Source: Anaeromyxobacteraceae bacterium (lineage in GTDB: Bacteria > Myxococcota > Myxococcia > Myxococcales > Anaeromyxobacteraceae). From it: 62,158 nucleotides of DNA. The position numbers and the translations under genes are program-made. The stretch is from positions 1-62,158 of the forward strand of contig JAULAX010000021.1 in assembly GCA_032654565.1 (NCBI GenBank). Direction: 5' to 3'. This document shows positions 10,901-20,019 of this stretch, in pieces (positions within the stretch are counted from its first letter, which is position 1; each line of letters opens with the position of its first letter). The notes beneath the pieces were generated by a model that did no database searches, was not told where the DNA came from, and was given only the letters and a program-made list of their open reading frames with translations.

Positions 10901-11217
10901 TCGCCGGGCACGCCGTCTCCCCCATCTGTCCACGCTGCAGCCGTCCCGTGCGCGGCAGCATCCAGCTCCACGCCATCTACGCCGACCTATCGGACCTCCT
11001 GGTCCGGGCCGACGCCCTGGCCATCCGCGCCGTACTGGGCGACCTGCCTCTCCATGCCCGCGTCGTCGCGCTCGCAGAGCGCCTCTCGCTCCAGCTCAGG
11101 GCCGAGCTCGCCGGCGTCCACTTCAGTTGCCGGGACCCCGACCCTCAGCTCCTCCTCGAAGACCTCGCTGCCGAGGTCACCCAGCAGCTCACGCGGGCCG
11201 CCGTGGTTCACCACTAG
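10897..11217 (+). CDS. Hypothetical protein with a CxxC motif
   Basis: ATGA overlap with the upstream RHH gene; CPRC motif. Confidence 0.5.
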   Translation: MIAGHAVSPICPRCSRPVRGSIQLHAIYADLSDLLVRADALAIRAVLGDLPLHARVVALAERLSLQLRAELAGVHFSCRDPDPQLLLEDLAAEVTQQLTRAAVVHH

Positions 11218-11249
11218 CATCACCGGTCCCTTGCGCCCCAAGGGGACCG

Positions 11250-11274
11250 CGATGTCATGGTATTCTATGACACG
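11250..11274. promoter_or_regulatory. Palindromic operator-like site, copy 1, overlapping an extended -10 (TGgTATTCT)
   Basis: CGATGTCATGGTATTCTATGACACG is identical to 57512-57536 and related to 39869-39885. Confidence 0.7.
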
Positions 11275-11278
11275 ACCG

Positions 11279-11944
11279 ATGCCACGCCCCGTGCTCAAGC
11301 CTGCCGCCGCATACCTTCGCGTCAGCTCCAAGGCCCAGACCCTGGATATGCAGCGCCATGCCATCACGCAGGCTGCCGCTACCCGCGGGGACCAGATCAC
11401 CACCTGGTACGCCGAGAAGCTCTCCGCGAAGACGATCGATCGCCCGGCGCTCCATCAGCTTCGCGCCGACGCTCGCGCCGGCCGCTTCAGCCGCCTCTAC
11501 GTTTACCGACTCGACCGACTCGCTCGCAGCGGCGTTCGCGACACCCTCCAGGTCGTCGACGAGCTCCGGACTGCCAACGTCGACCTGGTCACCCTCGCCG
11601 ACGGCTTCGATCTCCGCGGCCCCGCCGCCGAGATCGTCCTCGCCGTCATGGCCTGGGCCGCCCAGATGGAGCGGCTCGCCATCAACGAGCGCATCGCCGC
11701 TGCTCGCGTTCGCATCGAGGACGAGGGCGGCCACTGGGGGCGCCCCCGGCGCCTAACTCGCCAAGAAGAGGCCCGAGTTCGCAAGCTCGCCGATGACGGC
11801 CGCTCACACCGGGCGATCGCGGTGGCGCTCAAGATCCCCAAGAGCACCGTCGGCCGCCTCCTGCTGCCCCAGAAACCTACCCCCTCTTCCTACCCCTCCA
11901 AACCCGCGCCAAAGCGCCTACGTGCCCCTCGCCTCCCGAAGTAG
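11279..11944 (+). CDS. Small serine recombinase (resolvase/invertase family)
   Basis: YLRVSS..Q catalytic motif, RLDRLARS, ER...ER, GRP and a C-terminal HTH. Start could be 11252, 11267 or 11279. Confidence 0.92.
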   Translation: MPRPVLKPAAAYLRVSSKAQTLDMQRHAITQAAATRGDQITTWYAEKLSAKTIDRPALHQLRADARAGRFSRLYVYRLDRLARSGVRDTLQVVDELRTANVDLVTLADGFDLRGPAAEIVLAVMAWAAQMERLAINERIAAARVRIEDEGGHWGRPRRLTRQEEARVRKLADDGRSHRAIAVALKIPKSTVGRLLLPQKPTPSSYPSKPAPKRLRAPRLPK

Positions 11945-11968
11945 GCTTTCGGGGCACCCAAGAAACTC

Positions 11969-12256
11969 ATGGAGACCACCATGAATGGCCACGCTCTCGT
12001 CGTTCGCACCTCGCTGGAAGCCGACGGACAATGGCTGGCGACCGCTGAGACGATCCCTGTCGGCATCGCGCGCCTCGCCGTCGCCGGCGGCGATCTTCCA
12101 GATACCGAAGCCGCCCGAGCCGAACAGCGGAAGGGCCCCTGGCCCGTTGAGAGCGCCCTCGCTGGCACGGAGCCCGCCGCGGTCCTCGAAGCCGTTCGAC
12201 GGCTGTTCTCACGATGGTCGTTGTCACCGGACGGCTCCGTCGCCCCTGGGTCCTAG
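11969..12256 (+). CDS. Hypothetical protein
   Basis: ORF with backbone codon usage; start may be the second ATG after GGAG. Confidence 0.45.
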   Translation: METTMNGHALVVRTSLEADGQWLATAETIPVGIARLAVAGGDLPDTEAARAEQRKGPWPVESALAGTEPAAVLEAVRRLFSRWSLSPDGSVAPGS

Positions 12257-12315
12257 ACGACCACCACTCGCAGCCCCGAGAACTTTCCACCTCACCTACC
12301 CACCACGGAGCCCCT

Positions 12316-12726
12316 ATGACCTCCCCGAGCCACTCTCGTCGCCACTGCGACCCCTGCGTCCAAAGCGACCTCACCGAAATCGCCGGACGCTACGAAGCCT
12401 GTCCCTACTGCCACGAGCCCTTCTGCAGCAGGCACATGCTTCCTCTCAATCACACGTGCATCCCGAGTGACGGGCTCACCGCCGCCGCCATCGAGACCGC
12501 CCAGCAGGCATTCCACCACCTCAGTGCCACCATCGACCCCAATGTTCGCGCTCGCGAAGCACGCCTCACCATCTACCTCGTGGCCTCTGGCCTGGCCCGT
12601 GCCTTTGACCCCGCCGCACTCGACCCGTCCCGCGCCTACAGCGCTACGATCGACGCCATCGCCTCCCAGCTCCGCGACCAGGTCTCGAGTCCCCCCACCG
12701 CCATCCTCGACACGCCCCGCAAGTAG
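12316..12726 (+). CDS. AN1-type zinc-finger-like protein
   Basis: CDPC...CPYCHEPFCSRH..P.NHTC Cys/His pattern; GGAG RBS. Confidence 0.55.
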   Translation: MTSPSHSRRHCDPCVQSDLTEIAGRYEACPYCHEPFCSRHMLPLNHTCIPSDGLTAAAIETAQQAFHHLSATIDPNVRAREARLTIYLVASGLARAFDPAALDPSRAYSATIDAIASQLRDQVSSPPTAILDTPRK

Positions 12727-12733
12727 GCCCGCC

Positions 12734-13099
12734 ATGACCTTCCCCGAAGACAAGACCCGCGTCGCAGCTCGTCCCCAGCCCGCCTCGACCCCGATCCCTT
12801 CGCTGGGCTCTCTCACCATCGTCACGTCGCCCGACCACGGCCAGGTCGACAGCGTCGTCCAGCTTCGCGGGGCAGACACCACCATCGGTCGCGACAGCGC
12901 AGCCAACATCACCCTCAATGACGTCGACTGCTCGCGCTTCCATGCCCGCATCATCGTGCGCGACAGTGCCCACTACTTGGTGGACATGCAGTCGACCAAC
13001 GGCAGCCAGGTCAACGGCGCTCGCGTGGACGAGGTCCTGCTTCGCACGGGCGACACCATCCTGCTCGGGTCCACCTCGCTTCGGTACAAGCGCAACTAG
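12734..13099 (+). CDS. Stand-alone FHA-domain protein
   Basis: IGR, SRFHA and DMQSTNGSQVNG phosphothreonine-binding motifs. Confidence 0.92.
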   Translation: MTFPEDKTRVAARPQPASTPIPSLGSLTIVTSPDHGQVDSVVQLRGADTTIGRDSAANITLNDVDCSRFHARIIVRDSAHYLVDMQSTNGSQVNGARVDEVLLRTGDTILLGSTSLRYKRN

Positions 13100-13111
13100 C
13101 TCCCCTTGACC

Positions 13112-14038
13112 ATGGACGACGCCACTCGCGTCGCTCGCGCTCCACGCGCGGCTCCGCCCACCCAGGTTCCGCACCCCGCGTTCCTCGCGCTCGTTTACGC
13201 GCCCGACGAACGCTACCTCCCGGGGCACAAGTTCCCCGTCAACCCGAAGGAAACGACGCTTGGCCGCGAGAACGGCAACAGCCTTCCGTTCTACGCCTCG
13301 GCCACGCTGTCACGCTTCCACGCTCGCATTACCCCCGGGCACGGTGCGTTCACCCTCACCGATCTCCGGTCGTCCAACGGCTCGTTCGTCAACGAGCAGG
13401 AGATCGAGGAACACACCCTGCGCCACGGCGACTTCGTTCGCCTCGGCCGCGTTGTCTTTCGCTACTTCGCCGGCGAGAGAGCCGAAGCCGACTACTACGA
13501 GGAGATCCACCGGCTCGCCGTCACCGAGCCGCGCACCGGCCTCCCCAACTCGCGACGCTTCAACGAAGCCCTCGTCACCGAGCTGTCCCGAGTCAACAAC
13601 TCGGGCGCCCTGCTTTCCTTAGTGCTCCTCTCCGTCGACCAGCTCAATGACGTCTTCGATCACCACGGGCCTATCGCCTCCGACCACCTGGTCCGCGAGA
13701 TAGCCAACCGCCTTCGGCCCTTCATCCGGCCGGAGGACCTCCTCGCGGCCCCGGCCGCGGGGGGCGAATTCGCCCTCCTCCTCCCCGACATGGACGGCCC
13801 CATCGCCTCCGCTGTTGGCGAGCGCATCCGGGCCGCCGTCGCGTCCGTAGCCGTCCCGTGGGGCGCTGAATTCTTCCGCCTCACGGTCAGCGTCGGCGTC
13901 GCCCGCGCCGAGGCCGGCATGGTGAAGCCCGACTCGCTCCTCCACGCCGCTCAGTACGCTACCGGCCAAGCAGTCCGGGCCGGCGGGAACCGCGTCGTGC
14001 TTCTGGAAGGCACCTTCCTCGGCGGGCCCCCAGCATGA
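13112..14038 (+). CDS. FHA + degenerate GGDEF protein
   Basis: FHA motifs LGR/SRFHA/SSNGSFVN. GGDEF fold (TGLPN, LTVSVGVA) with a degenerate active site (SVD, AAGGEF) and an RPED I-site-like motif. Confidence 0.88.
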   Translation: MDDATRVARAPRAAPPTQVPHPAFLALVYAPDERYLPGHKFPVNPKETTLGRENGNSLPFYASATLSRFHARITPGHGAFTLTDLRSSNGSFVNEQEIEEHTLRHGDFVRLGRVVFRYFAGERAEADYYEEIHRLAVTEPRTGLPNSRRFNEALVTELSRVNNSGALLSLVLLSVDQLNDVFDHHGPIASDHLVREIANRLRPFIRPEDLLAAPAAGGEFALLLPDMDGPIASAVGERIRAAVASVAVPWGAEFFRLTVSVGVARAEAGMVKPDSLLHAAQYATGQAVRAGGNRVVLLEGTFLGGPPA

Positions 14039-14406
14039 ATTTCCAGCCTCTCGACAATCCTCTTCGCTCCCAGGTCGCCCAGCTCCGCGAGAAGATGGTT
14101 CAGCTCGTCGACCACTTCCCGCGCAGCGCCTTGATGATGAGCACCGCCGCGCTGCCGCTCACCAACGCAATGGCGGCGGCCCCACTGGCTGACTCACCCT
14201 TCGCTCTTCGCCAATCGCTCGCGGGCGCGCTCATCAACACCCGAGCGCTCCTCGTCGAGGCCCTGGAAGCCAAGCCATCACCGATCACGGACACCCTCGA
14301 TGCACTCGTCATCGAGGTCACCGAGCTCATTGGTCGCTGTCAGCGACCCGATTCCACCTGCCGACGGGCCAGCCACCTCCGCCTCGTTCCTCCGCTGCAG
14401 GACTGA
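14035..14406 (+). CDS. Hypothetical helical protein
   Basis: ATGA coupling with the upstream gene. Confidence 0.5.
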   Translation: MNFQPLDNPLRSQVAQLREKMVQLVDHFPRSALMMSTAALPLTNAMAAAPLADSPFALRQSLAGALINTRALLVEALEAKPSPITDTLDALVIEVTELIGRCQRPDSTCRRASHLRLVPPLQD

Positions 14407-14500
14407 CCCTCCCCTTGTCACCCTTTCCCTCCTCGCGCCCTGGCGTTGCCCGGTCGCTGCGAGGGGGTCGGGGGTCCCCCAAGCATCACTCCCAAGGCCC

Positions 14501-14545
14501 GGCGTCCCCGCACCGCCCTGCTATGCGAGGCGGCGCGGAGCCGCC
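14501..14545. promoter_or_regulatory. Hairpin-B family member upstream of the ParB-like gene
   Basis: CCGCACCGCC/GGCGGCGCGG stem, loop ending in GCGA, then GGGAGG RBS. Confidence 0.65.
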
Positions 14546-14565
14546 CCACCACATTGGGAGGCCAG

Positions 14566-16347
14566 ATGGCCACACCGAAGATCGACAAGAAGAAGCTCGA
14601 GAAGAAGAAGACGTCCACCGCGGCCGCGGCGACGCCCCCGATCCCCATCCAGCTCGTCCCCATCGACCTCATCGACCCGGCCGACATCAATCGCCCCGCC
14701 AACGTCGACATCGATGAGCTCGCCGAGTCGATCCGCCAGAAGGGCGTCCAGCAGCCCATCCGCCTCCGCCCGAAGGACGGCGGCCGGTTCGAGATCGTCT
14801 ACGGCGAGCGGCGTTGGCGCGCCTCCAAGAAGGCCCGCCTCACCACCATCCCCGCGCAGGTCGAGAAGCTCTCGGACGTGGACGCCCACGAAGCCCGCAT
14901 CATGGAGAACTCCCAGCGGGCCGACCTTCATCCGCTCGAGGAAGCCGAGGCCTTCGAGCGCCTCCTCGCCATGCACGACGAGAAGGACCTCCCCGTCCAC
15001 ACGCCCGAGACCATCGCCGCGCTCGCCGGGCGGAGCGTCGGCCACGTCTACAACCGCCTCAAGCTGACCGTCCTGGTACCGGAGGTTCGCAGGGCCTTCT
15101 ACGCTGGCACGCTCAACGCCGCCGGCGCGTTCCACATCGCCCGCGGCGTCCCGCCGGCCCTGCAGCCCGAGGCCCTCACCGAGCTCCTCGACGACGGCGC
15201 CCACCTCGAGCCCGGCGACTGCATCCCAGCCACCGACGTCGAGGACTTCATCGATCGCAACTTCCTCACGCGGCTCAGCCAGGCGCCGTTCCCCACCAAG
15301 GACAAGAAGCTCCTGCCGACCGTGGGGTCCTGCGACCAGTGCCCCAAGCGCTCCGGCAACCAGGCGGTCCTCTTCCAGAAGGACGACCCCACCGACATCT
15401 GCACCGACCGCCTCTGCTTCAAGGAGAAGACCCGAGCGATCTTCGCTCGCCTGGACGCCGAGGTCCGCGCCAACGGTGGCCACGTGCTCACCGAGCCCGA
15501 GAGCCGCAAGATCTTCCAGGGCGGATCCCACCTCCCCTACAACTCGCCCTGGGTTGCTCTCAACGCGACCTGCTACGAGGACGAGAAGAAGCGCACCTTC
15601 CAGAAGCTCCTGGGGGACCACGCGCCGCCGGTGACCCTGGCCGTCACGAGCCAAGGCCAGCCGGTATGCCTGCTCGACCGGAAGGCCACCATCGACGCGC
15701 TGGCCAAGCTTGGACACGCCTTCGCCAAGAAGCCGTCCAACCCCACCACCAAGACCCGGGCCGCCCCACCGGCGACGCCCGCCCACGCCAACGGCGACCC
15801 CGGCCCCGCCACCGACGAGGAGCTGGGTGACGACCTGGTCGAGCTGCCGCCCGACCACCCCGACTCCCAGGAGCGGCGCCGCGTCAGCGATCCCAACGAG
15901 GCCCGGCGGATCACCCTGCTCGAGAACGAGGCCCTCCGCCGCGTGGCGGCCGCCGTCATCGCCAAACTCGAGAAGAGCACTCTCGACGACCCAGCTCTCC
16001 TCCGCGCGATGAACACCGCCTTCCTCCACGGCGGCTTCTTCGACGCCATCCAGCACATCGCCAAGCGTCGCCAGCTCAAGACGCCCAAGGGCGACCACGT
16101 CGCCGAGACGATCAAGGCTCACATGCTCGGGCTCGACGCCGGCGGACTCCGTGGTCTCCTCTTCGAGTTCCTCATCGGCCGCGGTGGGCTGCGCCTCACC
16201 CACTGGGACGGCTCCCCCGGCTTGCTCAAGGTCGTCGCCGACCTCTACGGCATCGACGCCGCCGCGATCCAGAAGGCCGTCGCCGACGAGGACGAGCAGA
16301 AGCGCTCCTCCAAGCCGCCCGCCCAGCGCACCAAGTCCGCCGCTTAA
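14566..16347 (+). CDS. ParB/Spo0J N-terminal-domain protein with a Cys cluster and long C-terminus (PRTRC ParB-like)
   Basis: GVQQPI, YGERRWRA and ENSQRADLHPLEEA motifs; CDQC...C...C cluster. Confidence 0.85.
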   Translation: MATPKIDKKKLEKKKTSTAAAATPPIPIQLVPIDLIDPADINRPANVDIDELAESIRQKGVQQPIRLRPKDGGRFEIVYGERRWRASKKARLTTIPAQVEKLSDVDAHEARIMENSQRADLHPLEEAEAFERLLAMHDEKDLPVHTPETIAALAGRSVGHVYNRLKLTVLVPEVRRAFYAGTLNAAGAFHIARGVPPALQPEALTELLDDGAHLEPGDCIPATDVEDFIDRNFLTRLSQAPFPTKDKKLLPTVGSCDQCPKRSGNQAVLFQKDDPTDICTDRLCFKEKTRAIFARLDAEVRANGGHVLTEPESRKIFQGGSHLPYNSPWVALNATCYEDEKKRTFQKLLGDHAPPVTLAVTSQGQPVCLLDRKATIDALAKLGHAFAKKPSNPTTKTRAAPPATPAHANGDPGPATDEELGDDLVELPPDHPDSQERRRVSDPNEARRITLLENEALRRVAAAVIAKLEKSTLDDPALLRAMNTAFLHGGFFDAIQHIAKRRQLKTPKGDHVAETIKAHMLGLDAGGLRGLLFEFLIGRGGLRLTHWDGSPGLLKVVADLYGIDAAAIQKAVADEDEQKRSSKPPAQRTKSAA

Positions 16348-16455
16348 GGCCGCCATCCAACGCGGCCCCAGCGGCTCCGAGGTCTCTCCCTCCCCGGAGC
16401 CGCTGGTACAGATTCCCCGCAGCAAGCGCCTGCTCCCGTGGACGCTTGCACCCCG

Positions 16456-16489
16456 AGGCCCCCCGGCGTCCGCGCCGGGGGGCCTTTTT
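16456..16489 (+). terminator. Rho-independent terminator
   Basis: AGGCCCCCCGGCG-TCCG-CGCCGGGGGGCCT followed by TTTT. Confidence 0.85.
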
Positions 16490-16503
16490 CATGCTCGGGG
16501 CGC

Positions 16504-16535
16504 GCGTGCCGCCCCCCTCTTCGAGGGCGGCACGC
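16504..16535. promoter_or_regulatory. Hairpin-B family member
   Basis: Perfect 11-bp stem GCGTGCCGCCC/GGGCGGCACGC, loop ending in TCGA, then GGAGG RBS. Confidence 0.6.
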
Positions 16536-16592
16536 CGCCGTCCCACAACCGGAGGCACTCGTGACCATCGAGCTCCACAGGCACCGTTTCTC

Positions 16593-16964
16593 ATGAAGCG
16601 CACCCTCCACGGCGAAGCTCTCCAGGAGCGGTGCGGCGGCAACGTCATCGGCATGAGGCCGAAGCGACGCTTCTTCTTTCGCTCGGTCTGGTGCGCTCGC
16701 TGCGGGGCTGCGCCCAACCGCAAGTGCCGCCCCATGGACGGCGACCAGCACCTCACCAAGGCCCGTCGACTCGCAGACGGGCTCGCCGTCGGTGGCGTTC
16801 ACCGCGAGCGCCTCCACCGCGCCGACATCCTCAACGACCTCGCCAGCCGGAGCGCGGAGGCGCTCTACCGACTCGCCGTCGCCCGCGGCGCGCTCGTGCG
16901 GCCCGTTCGCTCCACCGTCGATCCGTCCCGCCTACCGCTCTTTCGCACGGAGGACCCCTCATGA
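16593..16964 (+). CDS. Hypothetical zinc-binding protein
   Basis: CARCGA.P..KC...H motif. Confidence 0.5.
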   Translation: MKRTLHGEALQERCGGNVIGMRPKRRFFFRSVWCARCGAAPNRKCRPMDGDQHLTKARRLADGLAVGGVHRERLHRADILNDLASRSAEALYRLAVARGALVRPVRSTVDPSRLPLFRTEDPS

Positions 16965-17311
16965 AGCCCTCGCTCGCCGAGCTCATTGAACTCCACCTGG
17001 CCAAGGCCCTTCGGCGCAAGCGCCGACCACGCCACACCACGCCGCGTTCTCCACGATCCCCTCCAGTTCGCGGCTCTACCGTCCTTCGTCCCACCCCGTC
17101 ACTCACACCGACCTTCCGCGACGAGGACTTCGACCCCGCCGACCTGGCCACCGACTTCGTCGCCGTCCCCGGCGCCATGATGGCTGACGCCGAGGACGGC
17201 GAGCAGCCGTGGGGACCCCCGCTCTTTATCCCCGGCTTGCCCGACCGCACCGAGATCGAGCTCCAGCTCGAGCCGGCCGCCATCCGCAAGCCGCGTCGCC
17301 GAGCGGCGTAG
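16961..17311 (+). CDS. Hypothetical protein
   Basis: GGAGG RBS and ATGA coupling. Confidence 0.45.
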   Translation: MKPSLAELIELHLAKALRRKRRPRHTTPRSPRSPPVRGSTVLRPTPSLTPTFRDEDFDPADLATDFVAVPGAMMADAEDGEQPWGPPLFIPGLPDRTEIELQLEPAAIRKPRRRAA

Positions 17312-17348
17312 CCGCCGAGACGCACCCGTGCCACAACCTGGGGCTGAC

Positions 17349-17726
17349 ATGGAGAATGACAAACCCTTCTCGCTCGTAGGCTGGGACCCCTCCGCGACGC
17401 AGCTTTCCCTGCGCCACGCGCCCGACGGCCGCCGCTACCACACGCTCGACGACCAGCCGCTCCAGCGCGGCCAAATGGTCGAGCTGCTCATGCCTCGCGG
17501 CTCCTGGCTGCGCGGCACCTACGAGTGGGACCAAGACCTCGACGCCACCTCCTACGACCCCCAGCGCCGCCCGCTCTTCGTCGCGATCCTCGGCGGCCCC
17601 TGGGAGGCGAACGATGCCTTCGACGCTCCAAGGGTTCGCTTCGCCCTACCCCCCGAGGCAGTTCTCCGCCACGTCCGCTTTCGCCGTCCTCGACGAGACC
17701 GCGGTACCCCTAGACGCTCACGCTGA
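17349..17726 (+). CDS. DUF5348-like protein
   Basis: RYH.LD..PL..G..VEL....W..G.YEW pattern, recognised by eye. Confidence 0.5.
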   Translation: MENDKPFSLVGWDPSATQLSLRHAPDGRRYHTLDDQPLQRGQMVELLMPRGSWLRGTYEWDQDLDATSYDPQRRPLFVAILGGPWEANDAFDAPRVRFALPPEAVLRHVRFRRPRRDRGTPRRSR

Positions 17727-17819
17727 CAACGCAGCCTTGGGCTGCGGCGGTCCAAGTCGACCCGTAGTCGACCCGCTGAACGACGACTGAGCGTCGGACC
17801 CTCCATGTAGTATGCGGGG

Positions 17820-18974
17820 GTGCTCACCCTGTACGAGCCCTACGGCGTCCACAGCGGTTACCAAATCGGGATAGACGAAGTACCTGCTCCACAGGCACAG
17901 GCGGTTCTCTCCAACGTAGCGCGGCTGCTGCGCGCCCGGAACGAGCGCCGCGCCGCTGATCTGCTTGAGTCGGTCCCCTTCCACATCGTGTCGGCCGAGG
18001 ACACTGCTGGTTGGACCTTCTCGGTGCTGTACGCCACGCTGCCACTGGCTGAGTACGAGCGGCAGCGCCGAGTGGTGTCCGAGGCGGAAGGCTCAAACGC
18101 TTACCGACGGGTGGCGGGCGTTCTGGCGGAGCTCGGCACCCCCGTGCGCTTTATCGCGGTTGAGTTGGCGATGGACACCCCTGCCGACGTGCACCGGGCC
18201 GCCCTCGCGCTCAAGCCGTTGGAGATCAGGCGCCTGGTCCAGAATTGGATCGGCGTGGCGAGCGGGTACCTCGGTGACTTCTCGTACGCGAGCCACGAAG
18301 CCTTCTACGTCGACCTCAAGCTACCCATCGACCCCAGCCGTTACGAGGGCACCACCCGCGCCCGCTTCAGCCAGATCCTAGAGGAGAGCCGCCCCGACGT
18401 TCAGGCCACGATCCTCGGCGGGGTCCTCCAGAAGTACCCGATTGGAAGCGACGTGCCCTCGGGGAGCGGAGCGACACGCACGCCAGAGTTCGCCGCGGAA
18501 ATCCAGGGGTGGATCGCGCGGCTCCGCGGCACCGCGCCCGTGCTTGCTCCCGCGCTCCTGGCCGTTACCAGCGCCGTGGTGGAGCGGGCGCTCTCAGACG
18601 CGGAGGAACTGTTGCGGACGAACGGCCCTACCAGCTGCGTTGATCGGGTCCATACGGCTCTGCACGGGTACCTGTTGGATGTGTGCCGGGCGAGCGGGCT
18701 CACCGTCACGGATGACTCTTCGCTGACCTCTCTCCTGAAGTTGCTCCGCGAGGGGCACACCGCGTTTACGAGGCTTGGCCCGCGCCCGAACGACGTCATG
18801 GTGGTCCTGCGGGCGCTCGCCACGATCGTCGACAAGCTGAACCCGCTCCGGAACAACACCAGCGTGGCCCACCCCAACACCGATCTCTTGCCGCCCGAGG
18901 AGGCCATGCTGGTCGTGAACGTCGTGCGGACGCTGCTACACTATCTGGACGCCAAGCTGACCGACCGCGCCTGA
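17820..18974 (+). CDS. Abortive-infection family protein (Abi_C C-terminal domain)
   Basis: LRNNTSVAHP HEPN-like motif near the C-terminus; codon usage differs from the backbone. Confidence 0.7.
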   Translation: MLTLYEPYGVHSGYQIGIDEVPAPQAQAVLSNVARLLRARNERRAADLLESVPFHIVSAEDTAGWTFSVLYATLPLAEYERQRRVVSEAEGSNAYRRVAGVLAELGTPVRFIAVELAMDTPADVHRAALALKPLEIRRLVQNWIGVASGYLGDFSYASHEAFYVDLKLPIDPSRYEGTTRARFSQILEESRPDVQATILGGVLQKYPIGSDVPSGSGATRTPEFAAEIQGWIARLRGTAPVLAPALLAVTSAVVERALSDAEELLRTNGPTSCVDRVHTALHGYLLDVCRASGLTVTDDSSLTSLLKLLREGHTAFTRLGPRPNDVMVVLRALATIVDKLNPLRNNTSVAHPNTDLLPPEEAMLVVNVVRTLLHYLDAKLTDRA

Positions 18975-19035
18975 ACGCTGCTCACCATCACCGCTTCCGC
19001 GTTCACTTCAGCGAGTCGTCGCTTCCAGTTACGGC

Positions 19036-19404
19036 CTACGGCACCTCGAAGCTGACCTCCATCGGGAACCGGAACCTGTTGCTGTACATCCGCACGTTCG
19101 TCACGCCCGGCCCGAGGTGGATGCCATGTGCGGTGGGCCCGACAGCTGCGCGCACGTACTTCGTGACCGCGTCACTGGACGCCACGTGGTCGAACTTCCC
19201 TTCGTAGCCGACCGGAGGCCCGACCTCCAATGCATCCCTGAGGAAGCTGCCTCCGACCACCAACTTCACGTCCACGTTCGCTGGGGTGGTCTTGCCCTCG
19301 TACACGACGTCGAAGAACACACGCGACACCATGTGTTCATCGTTGCTGCCGTACTCCTGCGAGTCTTGGATCATCTGCGAGAACCGAAGCGTCATCTTGC
19401 TCAT
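19036..19404 (-). CDS. Hypothetical protein
   Basis: GGAGGGG RBS and plausible globular composition; convergent with the Abi gene. Confidence 0.55.
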   Translation of the reverse strand: MSKMTLRFSQMIQDSQEYGSNDEHMVSRVFFDVVYEGKTTPANVDVKLVVGGSFLRDALEVGPPVGYEGKFDHVASSDAVTKYVRAAVGPTAHGIHLGPGVTNVRMYSNRFRFPMEVSFEVP

Positions 19405-19935
19405 GGCCCCTCCCCGGTGAGCGTGGGTGGTAGCACGCGGCCCTGACGCCGGGTCCGTGGCGCGATCATGAGAGTCAGAGGGGAAGGGAAGAGGGCGGCT
19501 GACCGGCGTGGTACATCGGCGCGGTGCATCGACATGGCGAAACTCCGCCCTGAATCGGCTCCGCTAACCCGGCCCCACTGACCCGCGCCGCCCGAAGGGA
19601 CCCTAGCATGGGTGCCTGACCGTGGCCTGCGACCCGCCCGGACAGGCACCGGGCAGGCGGCGGTCCACCCACCAAGCCTGCGTCGGCCCTCGCTACCCGG
19701 CCAGACGTCGACCGTCAGAGTTCGACGGAAGCTGGCCGCCGTCTACAGTCGGAATCTAGGAGGCCTGGGACCCGGGCCTCCGGCCCACTTTTCTTCCTCG
19801 TCGGTCGGTCTTTTGAGCGAGCGGCAATCTACTTCCTGAGTGGGAGAGGTGCCGGCGAAGCCCGGCACCACCTCGGGGAAACCGACCGGTGTGACCCGTC
19901 CACAACGCCGGCCAGAACTAGGGAAGGTACGTCAT

Positions 19936-20019
19936 GTGAAAACAGCACGAATCGTGGTCCTCGTCGTCGAGCTCCTCGTCGTCATCCTGAGGGCAGCCCT
20001 TGACCTCTCCGACAAGTAG
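19936..20019 (+). CDS. 27-aa hydrophobic peptide, type I toxin-like (not in the ORF track)
   Basis: GTG start after GGGAAGG; MKTARIVVLVVELLVVILRAALDLSDK; structured 5' region and 3' hairpin. Confidence 0.55.
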   Translation: MKTARIVVLVVELLVVILRAALDLSDK

